A DNA stretch of 64,000 nt from Acanthaster planci (lineage: Eukaryota), in the NCBI RefSeq assembly GCF_001949145.1, contig NW_019091358.1, forward strand, positions 2,474,535-2,538,534, read 5' to 3'. The notes under the pieces are model-generated. The model saw only the letters and a list, made by a program, of their open reading frames with translations, had not been told where the DNA came from and did not search any database. Both the position numbers and the translations under genes were made by a program. This document shows positions 52,801 through 64,000 of this stretch, piece by piece (position 1 is the stretch's first letter; each line of letters starts with the position of its first letter).

Positions 52801-55331
52801 GTTCACTACATATCGAAATATAACCCTTAAGAAGCCCCACGCACTTACGGTAGTATATCCCATACACCACATATGCTGCGACGAATGCGCCGATGAATTG
52901 AGCTGCTATCCAGAGTGGGGCCCGTCGCCACGCAAACTTGCCAACCGATGCCAGGCCCACAGTAATTGATGGATTCACGTGGCCTCCTGCAAAGCCATTG
53001 TATGAAAAGACTCCAGTTAAGCTGCACACAAGTTATTTTTTTAATATCTTATTTGATTCTCAGCGAGCCTGAGCTCAGTGGCCGAGTAGTAAGATGGACG
53101 AAACAGTGTTGCAGTCGAGATCTTTTCCGAGTTGGCAAATATACTTGGAAGACGTTGGTCAGTTACTTTAAGATGGAACACGTGTGTTTTAGCACAAAAA
53201 TGACGGGTTTTAGAGAAGGATACAAATATTTAAGAAAAGACTTACATGTTCTTTCTAATAAATGGCCATTGTCGGTGTACTTTTTTCTACAAAGACTCGG
53301 ACTCAATCGTAATCATAATCACTAGTATACCCTGAAATACTATAAAGTTTTTACATATTTAATGGGGACAGAAATAGCCCACACTAAAACACTGGTGTGA
53401 AAAGTTATCGCGAGCAAACGGGGCTGAACAAACTGCCGTCTATCAAGGGCAATGTCTTCCCTTCAGAATTGCAATGTTTACAAGCTTACAGTCATTTACA
53501 AAAGTTTAGGACCACCCATACAAAATGTACTAACCTGAGGAAAAACCGAACTTGAACCAATCAATCACGGCAACTTATGTTTACTTTGTTTACTGTTAAT
53601 GTGTAACCTGAGTATCTATTTAACTACATTTCCATGCTTTGAAATGTTAACAGTCTAATATTTAATGTGCCCTCATTTATTTCTGATTACTTAGACCGGC
53701 TTTTTACCCATGCTGCCTTGAAGGCAAAATGTCGTACAAGACTTGCCTTTGCAAAAAAAGTCATTCCAATGGGTATATAGCACTACACTGACGTTATGCA
53801 CCACTCGAAAATATGTTAAATAATCACTCAATGAGACAATGCAATGCAGACCCAGTGACAGAAATACCAATAAAAACCACAGGCGGTTTTAAATTTTTTG
53901 CAAATAACTACAGCTCAGAAGTTCATTTTAACGCCATTCACTGTTATTGACATGTGAAATCGTGAAGTCACATAATAACAATTTTGAACAGAATTTGCTC
54001 GACACGTACCCAACAGTTTCCTTTCTATTCGACTTCACCACTTTTTTGGTCCTTTTGTGCTCCTTCAGTCTTCGAATACATGGGAATAAAAAAGTGTACA
54101 CCTCCACCTTTCACCTAACAGCTACTGCTGGAGCCTCTTATGGTGTTTAGGCCAACAACAAAATCTTGAGCTCACTCGAATTCAGCTTTTTGTATCGTTT
54201 ACAACTATATGATGGTCTTCTGTTCGTCGGTCTGCCTTTTATATGTTAGTCCCCGTGTCACATCCGACCACAGCCTATATATACTCGTGCGAAGAGTGCA
54301 CCCACCTGACACCCCTACACCAGTGTAGATCCCAAATGCCACGCCCATGCCTGAGGTCAGCGCGGTGGAGACACGTGTGCCGGATGTGTAGCCGCTCACT
54401 GCGGCTTGGGCTAATCCGCCATCCACGAATAACTGTGACACCGTAAGAAGAGCAATTAGTGATGTGGAACACTGAGCGGAATTTTTGCTGCTGCATTCAG
54501 TGAGGAGACGAGGCTGGGATACCTATGCAAGATTTTCGTTTACAGGAAGACTCTACGGGATAACTGGTTTTCGTGACAGCAATCACACGCCCCCGTCACT
54601 CGTGAAATTGAAAGTAAAATCGGAGGTAACACAAATTGAACTCGGACAGCTTATGACCAAGGGCGTAGCCAAGGGTGTGGGGGCGGCGACCCCCAATAAT
54701 TAATTCCAGTCGGTAAATAGAGTTTCGGTCGGCAAATGAATCCACAATTAGTACATAAAAGATAGGCCTATACGTTGACCGTCAGCATTTCCCCTGAAGC
54801 ATGAAAATACAAGGATCACTTTGTGAATTTTACAAGACACGAGGTTGGAAAACATGTTTAACAAGTCGGCAAGTTGACCCCAGAGAAAAGAAAATGTCTT
54901 CGTTGCGCCACTGTTTGTGACTTGAGAGTTGGTGGCTTGTAATTGAGATGGACTTGTGTGTGAGAATTCATAAGGACTTGACTACATCCTTAAAATTGTT
55001 TGCAAAAAGGATGCTGAAGGCCCGGGGAACATTGTGAAGACCATGTGCACAGTGCATCAAAGTGGAGCACAGAGCAGCTATATGAAACAAGCAATACGTG
55101 CTACGAAATCGTGTCGACATACAGTCACGGCTAGTTGTTCACGGTTTTTTAAATGGGGGAAATGAAGATGGATATATGCGCACTGGTGTCGTACATTTAC
55201 ATTCCTAGTTTAATAAACATCTACCGTCTACTTACAACAAGTATGAAGGTTCCGGCCATCTCAGCGAGAATTCCACGTGCCAAGTTACTTTTAATGGCTA
55301 AATGCCTACGTATCGAATCGCAGACTGGCAT
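49667..55331 (-). CDS. Aquaglyceroporin A (AQP3/7/9/10 family), complete, 6 exons, 286 aa, divergent pore
   Basis: Exons 55331-55236, 54432-54306, 52986-52849, 52073-51955, 51478-51261, 49829-49667 (96/127/138/119/218/163 nt, 861 nt in frame); AEMAGT, GHVNPS, NPARD, WWWVP. Confidence 0.94.
49901..50072. repeat. Diverged ~75-bp tandem duplication (x2.2)
   Basis: CGAT.AAATTCAGGT.A.AG.GAGCTTTGGC.TT.AGGTCACTGTTT recurs at 49901 and 49980, partially at 50053. Confidence 0.8.
50166..50537. mobile_element. Degenerate hAT-like MITE with CCAAGGCC/GAGACC repeats
   Basis: Clusters of CAAGGC(C/T)(A/G)AG at 50190-50280 and 50455-50525; weak CAG...CTG termini. Confidence 0.35.
51261..51478 (-). CDS. Aquaglyceroporin A exon 5 (NPARD)
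   Basis: TAG| IINTGLLL...NPARDLAGR...VW |GTAAGT; 218 nt. Confidence 0.95.
51955..52073 (-). CDS. Aquaglyceroporin A exon 4 (GC donor)
   Basis: TAG| GLDHFDNGNRTV...GIFCTYP...LAEQ |GCAAGT; 119 nt, same length as paralog B exon 4. Confidence 0.9.
52703..52848. repeat. 77-bp-period tandem duplication containing a splice donor
   Basis: GCTGAATGTTCTTTACTGTTCACTACAT.TCGAAATATAACCCTTAAGAAGCCC.AC.CACTTAC at 52707 and 52784. Confidence 0.92.
52849..52986 (-). CDS. Aquaglyceroporin A exon 3 (first motif NPS)
   Basis: CAG| GHVNPSITVG...VYGIYY |GTAAGT; 138 nt. Confidence 0.94.
54306..54432 (-). CDS. Aquaglyceroporin A exon 2
   Basis: CAG| LFVDGGLAQ...GVGVS |GTGGGT; 127 nt. Confidence 0.92.
54658..54913. 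mobile_element. Old hAT-like MITE
   Basis: CAAGGGCGTAGCC ... CGTTGCGCCACTG with imperfect 8-bp flanks CTTATGAC / TTTGTGAC. Confidence 0.5.
55236..55331 (-). CDS. Aquaglyceroporin A exon 1 (MPVCDSIRRHLAIKSNLARGILAEMAGTFILV)
   Basis: ATG 55331; AExxGTFILV TM1 motif; donor GTAAGT. Confidence 0.9.
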
Positions 55332-58300
55332 GACGGCTCCGAGTGACCCGGTTGGGTGTCCAGTGCAGACCGTGACAGCGAACCACTGACAAGAGACGGG
55401 GAAGGCGGGCCTGTCGGGGTTCGATGATCTTCTGCCGCGGCGCCGTGTACCCTTTCTACATGTACACTGGCCGCTATATTCTGAGCGATAATAAAAGATT
55501 GACGGAATAGGGTCTGCAGATTTTACGTCACAGTCGTGTTTTTACAACGAGTGGCTGTTAAAACTATGGCCAGACCTCAGTACAAAAGTAGCTGAATAAT
55601 TCATGGTGTTGAAAATGCAATGCAATTATCAAAACACCAAGTGAAACTCAACGTATTACATTATTACATACTAAATGAAAATACAACCCTATAGAGGGAC
55701 CCCAATACGACGCTTTTAGCGTCGATCTGCGCACTTCCGCGTTTGAAAACGAGGCTGTATGTGTCTGCTTCAATTCTTAATACGATCAGACGATTGAAAG
55801 TAAGGAGTTAAGACACAAAATACATAAAGGTATGTTAAATTCAGACTTTTCAGGCTGCAAAATTTTGAGGAAGAGTCTTTCAGGATAACTCGACACGTAA
55901 AATTAAAAGAAAAAATAACGACAATTGACCGCCAACTAACGTACCTGCGATACTAACGTATCTTGTGCAGTGGGCGTGGTTCACTACCTGGAGTGGCGTC
56001 ACTTTTACGAACCGGATACTCCATGTACTGTGTGGATTTCGCAGGCGGGCGCGACTAAGTTCAACACAGAGAGCCTCGGTTTTGATGCAGATATGCGCAG
56101 GCGGCGCTAATGTGAAATCCCTCTATTTAAACTTAATGAGACAAGTGTGCATTTTGAAAAAACTTCAGGTAAACTCGAAAACTAACCAATGGGTGGTTTT
56201 CTGCAATCGTTGGCTGCCGATAGGCAAAATGAGGGAGCTATATAAAAGCCATTTGTCAAAAAGTATTAACCCTGAAGACAAAGTGCATGGAAAGCGCTCC
56301 TTTAGACAAAAACCAAGCAATACACTGTACGTAAGTTTGAATAGTCTTTCACTTCATCCCCCTGCTGAGCAGTCCAAACAACTGTAACTTGTTTTAACTA
56401 GCCACCATTAACACCAATTGGGCATATTTGGCAGACATTTAAACATGAACTAATCTCGTGTACACAATTTCCCCTGTACTGGAGCTCACAATAGCACTGC
56501 GTTTGGATTGGGAGCGCAGAGAAAAAGATTTTCGTGTCTGCAAACGTTATTCGAATTAGTGCGTGGTCGCATTTCGAGCATATCTTAATGCGCTGCCCAT
56601 CTCACCGAGTCATTGGGGAAGAGTGCTTTTATTGGATTACACGTAGGGTGGAAGATTATACAAGCGCAGCTCCAAGCTTAAAAATGATAATGAAATTGAA
56701 ATGCTGTGGAAAGAAAAATTCTGTTCATTTTTCCCTTAGCGGATTACCACTACACGGTGCTCCATGTACCGACTTACATTATACCAGCAAAACTTATCGT
56801 ATTCGATTCATTTTTTTTAATTAGATGCACATGTCCTATCGAGGAATCTACCGTAACATACTGTACATGCACATAAAGTATTACCCATCCAACCCTCAAC
56901 ATCGGATGAGTCAATCTACTCGTCGGTTCATTCTGTTGCTCAAAAGCTGCTGTGACCATAGAAGCAGTACTACGCACTTTACCTCGAAGAATAGGAAACC
57001 ACGTCACAAAATGGGTGGGCAGTTTACTAGGCCTGAACACGACATCGAGTCAAAGTCGATGCAAACATGATGCAAACAAATGAATAAAATTCACAACTTA
57101 AACATGATGGCGATGCCTTCAATAGAAACAACACAATACGTTGGCTTCGCATGGCTTACTGGCGTGTGTTTCGCTTTGTGACAGCTGCGGGGCCGATTAC
57201 CATGTGCTGTGCGTCCTGTGCATTCACTGCAGGTGTACATGTACACGGTAGTCAGTATGGATGCATTCACTTCAATAAAAGGGGCAAGAGACGTCGAACC
57301 CTGCTCTGTGTAACTCTCTATAAAAATAAACAGACATCCTTCCCCCTCAATGGCACTGTGGCGTGCGTACAGGTATAAAAAGCATTTATCCACATCACCA
57401 AACGCCAGTGTGAATTCTTGTCGTGCTTGCCCAGCGAGAATCTGGCAGCTAGCGCTATGATCACTATGCCTAGTCGTGGTCAGTGCGCTGCATAAATTTA
57501 CAAACATTCGTCTAGCAAGGCCTAATACTTAGTGAGAGAAACAATCCTTCATTCTGTTGCATGAATCTTACCTTAGTTTTGACAGGGGTCCCGATTTGGC
57601 GTTATTCTATATATATATATCCAGCGCTGTAAATACAATGCCGGTAAAATTGCTATAAACACATACGCACACTTGGCAAAGTACGGGTGCCACTTATTAA
57701 TGTCAGTATAAACACCTCTGACCCTGCACACAGCGTACATGCCTTAATTGGCCCCTCTTGGGGGCGTTTTCCAGATGAAGGCGCCGCTTGGGGCCAATCG
57801 GGGCAAAGGGAAGTTGGAAAAATGTGAAGTTCAAGCTTTGTCGTTTTACACAGAATCAGCTGATAGAGGCATAAGGTTTAGTTTTAGAGCAACAAAATGG
57901 TCGTTTATAGCGCTTCACCCCGGGCGAGGTATGCCCGAATCAATGTTTAAAAATAATTCAAGGACTTGATGATCAAACCGAAAAACTTCAAAGTAATCTT
58001 AGGAAACAATTTACTTTCAAGTTTCACTTATGCTCCACTTTACAGTTCCGAATGGGTTTTGCTTTTTCAGTGGCGGAGCCAGGTCTTGATTAGGGGTTGA
58101 AAATAATGTGAAGAAAGTATTCTGTATCCGCAGTGAAAGGTAATCGGGCTCATCAAGCGACTTTGTCGTACACGAGAACGCACCCTACTACTGATTATAC
58201 AAACTCCCTTTGATGAACACTTCCAGGTTGACTTCCGATTCCATAGTTTCATGTAACTTTATGTGGTGGTTGTATGAATCGATGTCACTCTTATGAAGTT

Positions 58301-60110
58301 ATACGAACCGGAAAAACAGGCCACCCCATTCCGTAAAATAGGGGCGGGGGGGCTAGACACCATCTTTTTATGAAGGCACTGTTAAAGTAGTAGTATAAGA
58401 CAGTGCGTTTTTTTAGCTGAGGAAAGTGTCAGCGCGTAAGCAACGTGGTGTGTAAATTTTAGTGACACTTCTTAATTGTACCACATGCCTTTTGGGGGGA
58501 CTCTGACCACTAACATGATTTTTAAAAAATGGTTTAAGCCAAAATCCGTTTATTGATTAACTTTTTAAAAATTTAAGTTTGAAATGAAATTTCCAAGCCT
58601 TCTTCAAAGCATTCACGGCCCCCAGTACGTAATATTGTACGATTTCCTTGTATACGGTTAAGCATACATTACTGAAGTTATGGATAATCCTTAAGATATC
58701 CTTGAGAATGATTTCTCACTCCGCTAGTCGATCATAAAAATGCCTTTTCAGCTTTTTGAACATACTGGACGTTTCAAGGTCCAGAACTTTTATTTCAATC
58801 GAAGTAATTTCGATATCTGAAATAAATTCAGTAGGCCTTTAATACCCTACTGTCCACGGTCTCAGTACTACAGGAATTCCGACTTCTTAAATCAACATTG
58901 GAAGGGACATGCTAATAACTTGAGCAATGAAATGAACCCGAAATTAATGGTTGGTGAATAATTGTCTTCTCCGTGTCGAAGGAGATCTTAGCGAACAGGG
59001 TTGGTGATGTCGGACCAAGATTAAGTTCTTCCTAGACTGAATCATTAGCCAATTTATCAACGTATAAATTTCCTGATAAAGAACTGAACCATTAAACCCC
59101 ATCCATCGTGGTCTTCCAACCAATCTGCGACAGAGAAGCACGCAGGGGGCGGGGCTAACTGGAATGTCCGTTGTTGGAAACGTCATTGATAACCAGTAAG
59201 ATTTTTTTATAAAGACCTCTGGGCTGGAATAATTTCTTATAAATATGCACCCGTACTTTTCCAGGAATGTTATGATTAATTTGTTTTTGTGCACAGCGCT
59301 AAAAGATAACCTTCAATTTTTTGTAAGGTACACAAGTGTGGTCATGTTTTGTCACTTAAAACCTACATTAATACATATAAATTGTAGCCATCAAAGAATC
59401 TAACTACCCATCTTACTGTTTGTTACCTGGCGTACCTTACATTTGTTTTTTAAAAAAGTTTACTTAAGAAAGTTCAATCATGCTACTCTACCTAAATAAC
59501 ATACTTCGTGTCAGGTAAAAGGTGAATTGTTGGAGACATGCGTGAGAGTAGCTGCAGTATGACTGTTCTTTTAATAATACTACTATTTACAGATTTGTGT
59601 TGCTAAACTTCCCGAAGTTTAAATCTGTTTGCATGAGGTCGGTACCGATCTGTGACTTAGGCATCAGTTTACTTAAATAAAAGCCAGGCAGTGATGGCAG
59701 CATTTTTCAGCTTTATTTGCAAATTGTTGAAAAAGGTATAATTTTATATATATGAAGTTCCGGCTTTCGAAGAAGAAACTGCTTAAGCCAAAGCAAACTA
59801 TTTTTAATTGTCTTCAAGTCCTGGAGGGTAAAGTTGTGTAAGACACTCTAGAGAGAGTCGTCTTCCTCTCGGCGTTTCATCACAACATCTTCAGAAACAG
59901 CTACAATTGCAAGGAAACAGACCATAAAACGACGTTAATTTGATAAGCAAAGACAACATAATGAAATTAAACAGTTGCATGTGTTTGTTGAGTAATAATT
60001 AGTTATACGACTGAAGTAACATCTGGGCACTGTGGTTTGACTTGTTGCAAAATTGCGGACCTGAGTGACATAATCTGTAAGGGAAATTTTGTCTATTTCT
60101 CAAATGTCGG

Positions 60111-60285
60111 CAGGCCATTTGCTAGCTGGGGCCTAAGGTGGCGCCGCCTAAACCCCCCCCCCGGCAAGCAGCTGCTCCTTCCTTCCCCCTCGGTAAAAAG
60201 CATATGCATCAAAACTATCTCTTGCTCTTGGGATTTGCCCCCAGCGTGTACATGCCCAACCATGCCCAAAGCTGGCGGTGGGGCG
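60111..60285. mobile_element. Insertion with 9-bp target-site duplication downstream of aquaglyceroporin B
   Basis: AAATGTCGG at 60102-60110 and 60286-60294; degenerate CAGG.. / ..GCTGGCGG termini. Confidence 0.6.
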
Positions 60286-60538
60286 AAATGTCGGTCTAGT
60301 TCTGCTTTGTGTTAAGGCTTGTGCTCTGTGACTTTTGGCCATGTGTTTCCATACCACAGCTCCATCCTTTCAAGGTTGGGCGGTTATGTTCTGAAACCCC
60401 TCCAGACCTCGTGTCAAAGACAACGTTGCATAAAGCCCGCTGGCAAAGCCCTGACAACACTGAAACATGGGGATTAGACAGTACGCTGGTTTTGACTGCA
60501 AAAAAGGCTTTATCGCAATATCAACTATGATCCCTTTG

Positions 60539-60689
60539 TTAATTACCATATGCATCCCCTTCGGTGATTGGCAATTCGTCTTCCGGGGTATGATGGGCCT
60601 CCACACAGAGAATGTACAACAGGGCGCCCAGTACCGCTCCAATGCAGGGCCCAACGATCGGCACCCACCACCAATGCATTCCGTTGGGG
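60539..60689 (-). CDS. Aquaglyceroporin B exon 6
   Basis: [38 protein letters not shown]...YGN*; 3' end uncertain (possible internal donor at 60546). Confidence 0.85.
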
Positions 60690-63686
60690 CTGTAACCCAG
60701 ATGAGAATAACAGCCAAAGTATTAAAAAATAATTGGATTTAGCGGAGACAACTATAGTAATCACTGCAACCGCTTGGCTGGCCCAAGCGACCTTACGGGC
60801 ACTGAGTTGAGCGAATCCCTTTCACAAAATTTCGGGAAGGAAATGCTGATGTTGCAAGACATTGTGGGCTGTTTTCTGCCCAGTATAAATGCACATCTAA
60901 ACACCTCTCTTTTGCCTACGTCACTTGTACAGGTTTTGTTTTTACCATGGTTGGCAAAACTTTAGTTGGCCGTGAGTATAAAAAAACGAACAATTCATAA
61001 AGTGTGAAAACTTTTATCTAAATATTTTAAATACTTCTACCAAATGCTAGCAGAATGTTGCTGTCGTTTTAACACCGATGAATTGGAATATGCATTTTGA
61101 GGCAAAGTTGCTGCAAACCAACACTGGACATTCCGCAAATTTTGACCACCAATACAAAATGGTGGTCAAAATAAACGAGAAATCTATGATCTTCACGTCT
61201 ATTCAACTCGCGTATCCCCCATACAAGGGAGCAGTGGCGGCGCTACGTAGTATCATGTAGGTGCAAATGCGCCCACTCATGAAAAGCCGCTTGCACCCAC
61301 GGTTGCACCCACAAAACATTTTGTCAAATATTACGACAGGACGATCGACCTTTTCGGTTTACGACTCTGCATCATAACCCAGCAAAATGAAGATTCATTT
61401 GCACCCACACGATTCTGCCTTGCCCCACACTTGCACCCACAGCCACCGAGGGCTTGCGCCGCCACTGCAAGGGAGTCAACTCGCTTATTGTTCAGCCAGA
61501 CTTTATCGAAAAAGAGCTCAAAGAAATTACGCTATGCAGCCAGAAAAAATAGCCCATCCTGATGCCCCATGGGTCTGGTGGGAACGAGCAAACGCTGTCG
61601 CAAGGTGTTACAATGATAAACGCCCATAAGTTAAATCCAAGAATATTATGGAATTCCACTCCCTTCCTTACGGCAAATATTGCAAGGAAACTTCCTTGTT
61701 AGTTCTCAGGACTTACACCCAAACATCAACGCCCCAACCAGCGCAGTAGGTGAAGAGTCTCGGCGGGAAGTCTCGCGCTGGATTGATGGCGTAGCCGCAG
61801 TTGAAACCGAAGCTCACACCGATTCCAAGCACGCTCAGACCAACCATGATGGCTGCCATACCGCTGGGTGCCCCGTCGTTCCTCTTGTCCGTGATGGCCA
61901 GCACACAGACCAGAAGCAGCCCCGTGGCAAAAATCTGAGGTCGTTGTTTGAAAAGACGAGTTAAATCTATACCAGCCAGGAGATTTTTTGACAAAAGTTG
62001 GCCTTTTCCTTGCTATGGGGTGTTCCAGGGCACGCCCCCTCCCCCGGGAAATATGGAATCAACGGTGCCAGAAAGTTCCAACTGAGGTTAACCGAACTTA
62101 ATTACCAGAACTTTAAGTCCATTTTTCAAAAGTTGTACCCATTTGAACAATGTCATAAAATTTGTCAGCAGCTTAACAGACATGTAACTCCTCCCTCTCC
62201 CATCAACTAACAAATTGGAAGACTTCTTTATGAGAGACGAGGGATATGGGCGTGGTCACGGCCATGTGCAGAAAATCAAGGGTATAATATACGTACATTG
62301 CAATGAGCCAAGTCAGTGTTGGTGTTTTTTTCATTAAGGTAAGGTCATTTGAGAGCAAAGAATCTAACGTCACGCCAGTTCGAACATGAATTTGCGTGCG
62401 AGTGGGCGTATGGCCACACTGAGTAAAGGCGCCTTTCCACACGTACGTTTTTGAATGCGTTGTGTACACGATGTGTTCATGCGTTTCACTTTTACGGATA
62501 AAAAAATCGATTCCATCAAAACACAACGCGTCAAATCGCCCTGGGAGCAACTCGACGGATACGTAACCGTTGCGCACGTGAGAGACTAGCCGTGTTACAC
62601 ACTCGCCGTGTTACTCGCCGTGTGTAACACGGCTAGTCTCTCAGAAAAATTACCATAAAAATAACATAGGAGGACCAAGTTTCAAAATTCGGGTTGTACC
62701 CGTTGGTTAAGGGCGAAGCTCTGCTTTAATTGATGCCGGTTTCGTGGTTCACATTTCACGCTTCAATGAACAGCAGAAGTTTGAATTTTAAAAAATAAAA
62801 GTCTGTTGCGCACGGATATGTGAGGGTTAAAATGACATCTTCCAGACTGAACAAAACGTTTAAAAAGACTTTTTTCCTTGCATAAAATTTTCAAAAACGT
62901 AATTAATCCTTTAACCCCGTACAATCGACACAAAAAATAATCTTATTTCTGGGTGTATCATTACCAAGCAGAAAGGGGTTAATATTTCATACATTTCTCG
63001 ATGAATTTTAACCCTCACACACCCGGGCACAACAGACTTTCATTTTCCAAAATTCAAATTTCATGTGCTCATTAAAGCGTGAAATGTGAACCAAGAAACT
63101 AGCATCAATCAAGGCAGAACAATACCCTTCACCAGCGGGAACAACCAGATTTTTGAAACTTGATCAGATGTCATTTATAAATTAATTTTTCTGAGAGTCT
63201 ACTTTTTTCTGATACACCCTGTATAAATGTGACCCGCGGTGCCCTTCATGTTGTCGGACAGCTATACCAAACTGGCTCATTGCCGAATAATTATGCCGGT
63301 CTTTGGCGCAGAGGTATCTTTAAACTCGTTTCATGTGCGATCACTTGCAAGTGATATTTCCATCGGCAGCAAACCAGTTACACATTTCGGATTTACTACC
63401 ACCCCTAGGGCCCTTTGTACAGAATCAGCCGTTGAGGTGAAAGTCTGACAATATTGATATGCGCATGCCCATTCTTCCTAACAGGTTTGCTCTGCACGTG
63501 GCTTTAAGTCAGGACATGCCCTTTTGACAAAACCCAAGTTTTATGTAATTGCATAGAGGAAAATTACCTGGTCTCCTAGGCCGCCCTGCAGTGAAAGGAA
63601 ATCTTGGGGATAAGTGGCCCAGATGCCGGCAGTGCCTTTAGGACCTATTACCGTGCGATTGCCTCCATCATAAGCATTCAGTGCGT
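60539..63686 (-). CDS. Aquaglyceroporin B (AQP3/7/9/10 family), exons 4-6; 5' exons lie beyond the right edge
   Basis: Exons 63686-63568, 61934-61717, 60689-60539 in frame; [32 protein letters not shown]. Confidence 0.94.
61232..61467. mobile_element. hAT MITE, 236 bp, perfect TIR and TSD
   Basis: 12-bp TIR CAGTGGCGGCGC / GCGCCGCCACTG; 8-bp TSD CAAGGGAG on both sides; TTGCACCCAC subterminal repeats. Confidence 0.92.
61717..61934 (-). CDS. Aquaglyceroporin B exon 5
   Basis: [13 protein letters not shown]...[15 protein letters not shown]...VW |GTAAGT; 218 nt. Confidence 0.95.
62579..62643. repeat. Perfect 24-bp-stem inverted repeat (17-nt loop)
   Basis: TGAGAGACTAGCCGTGTTACACAC / GTGTGTAACACGGCTAGTCTCTCA. 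Confidence 0.95.
62634..63221. mobile_element. Tc1/mariner-type non-autonomous element with ~200-bp inverted arms; left tip missing
   Basis: 62634-62833 pairs imperfectly with 63005-63201; right terminus CTGATACACCCTG-TA (reverse of TA-CAGGGTGTATCAG). Confidence 0.8.
63568..63686 (-). CDS. Aquaglyceroporin B exon 4
   Basis: [48 protein letters not shown]; 119 nt. Confidence 0.94.
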
Positions 63687-64000
63687 CTGCAACAATATGG
63701 ACCAAATATTAAATCATTTTTAATGTCAAGGATATATAATATAAAACTGCTGCAAACTGCCTGCTGACTACAATGACCTTCAATACAGTCTCAAAATATA
63801 AAGGGCCTGATGACGTTTCGATCCTAGCAGAATCTTTCTCATAAATAATTTGTATAAACTCTATAAATCTTTTAACAGTACATTTACGTGTACTAAGCAG
63901 TGGGATGCAACTAAAACTCATTCATAATGTCACAGCGAGGCTATTTGTAAAGTGCTTAAATGCTAATTAAAAGCAGAGGAAGAGTGGGACTCTTGAAACG

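Overview
Eukaryotic (bilaterian invertebrate-like, TACATGTA-rich) genomic DNA with four spliced genes reconstructed by eye from GT/GC-AG boundaries and frame continuity. (1) ALDH7A1/antiquitin, minus strand, 16 coding exons from ATG 43718 down to 1825; the last exons lie beyond the left edge, and the 3' introns are very large (8.7-10.6 kb). (2) TMEM234, plus strand, 4 coding exons 44683-46405, head-to-head with ALDH7A1. (3) A complete 6-exon aquaglyceroporin, minus strand, 55331-49667, 286 aa. (4) The 3' half (exons 4-6) of a second, tandem aquaglyceroporin, minus strand, 63686-60539. Introns and spacers hold many short non-autonomous DNA transposons (hAT-, Tc1/pogo-, piggyBac-like), fold-back elements, SINE fragments and small tandem duplications. 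Almost all ORFs in the six-frame track are noise or antisense shadows of real exons. I found no prokaryotic-type system or CRISPR. The best lead is the complete aquaglyceroporin: it has an NPS first motif and an S-I-A-R ar/R filter resembling plant NIP-II boric-acid channels, next to a paralog that keeps canonical G-Y-R residues. Human reference sizes and residue numbers are recalled from memory, not looked up.
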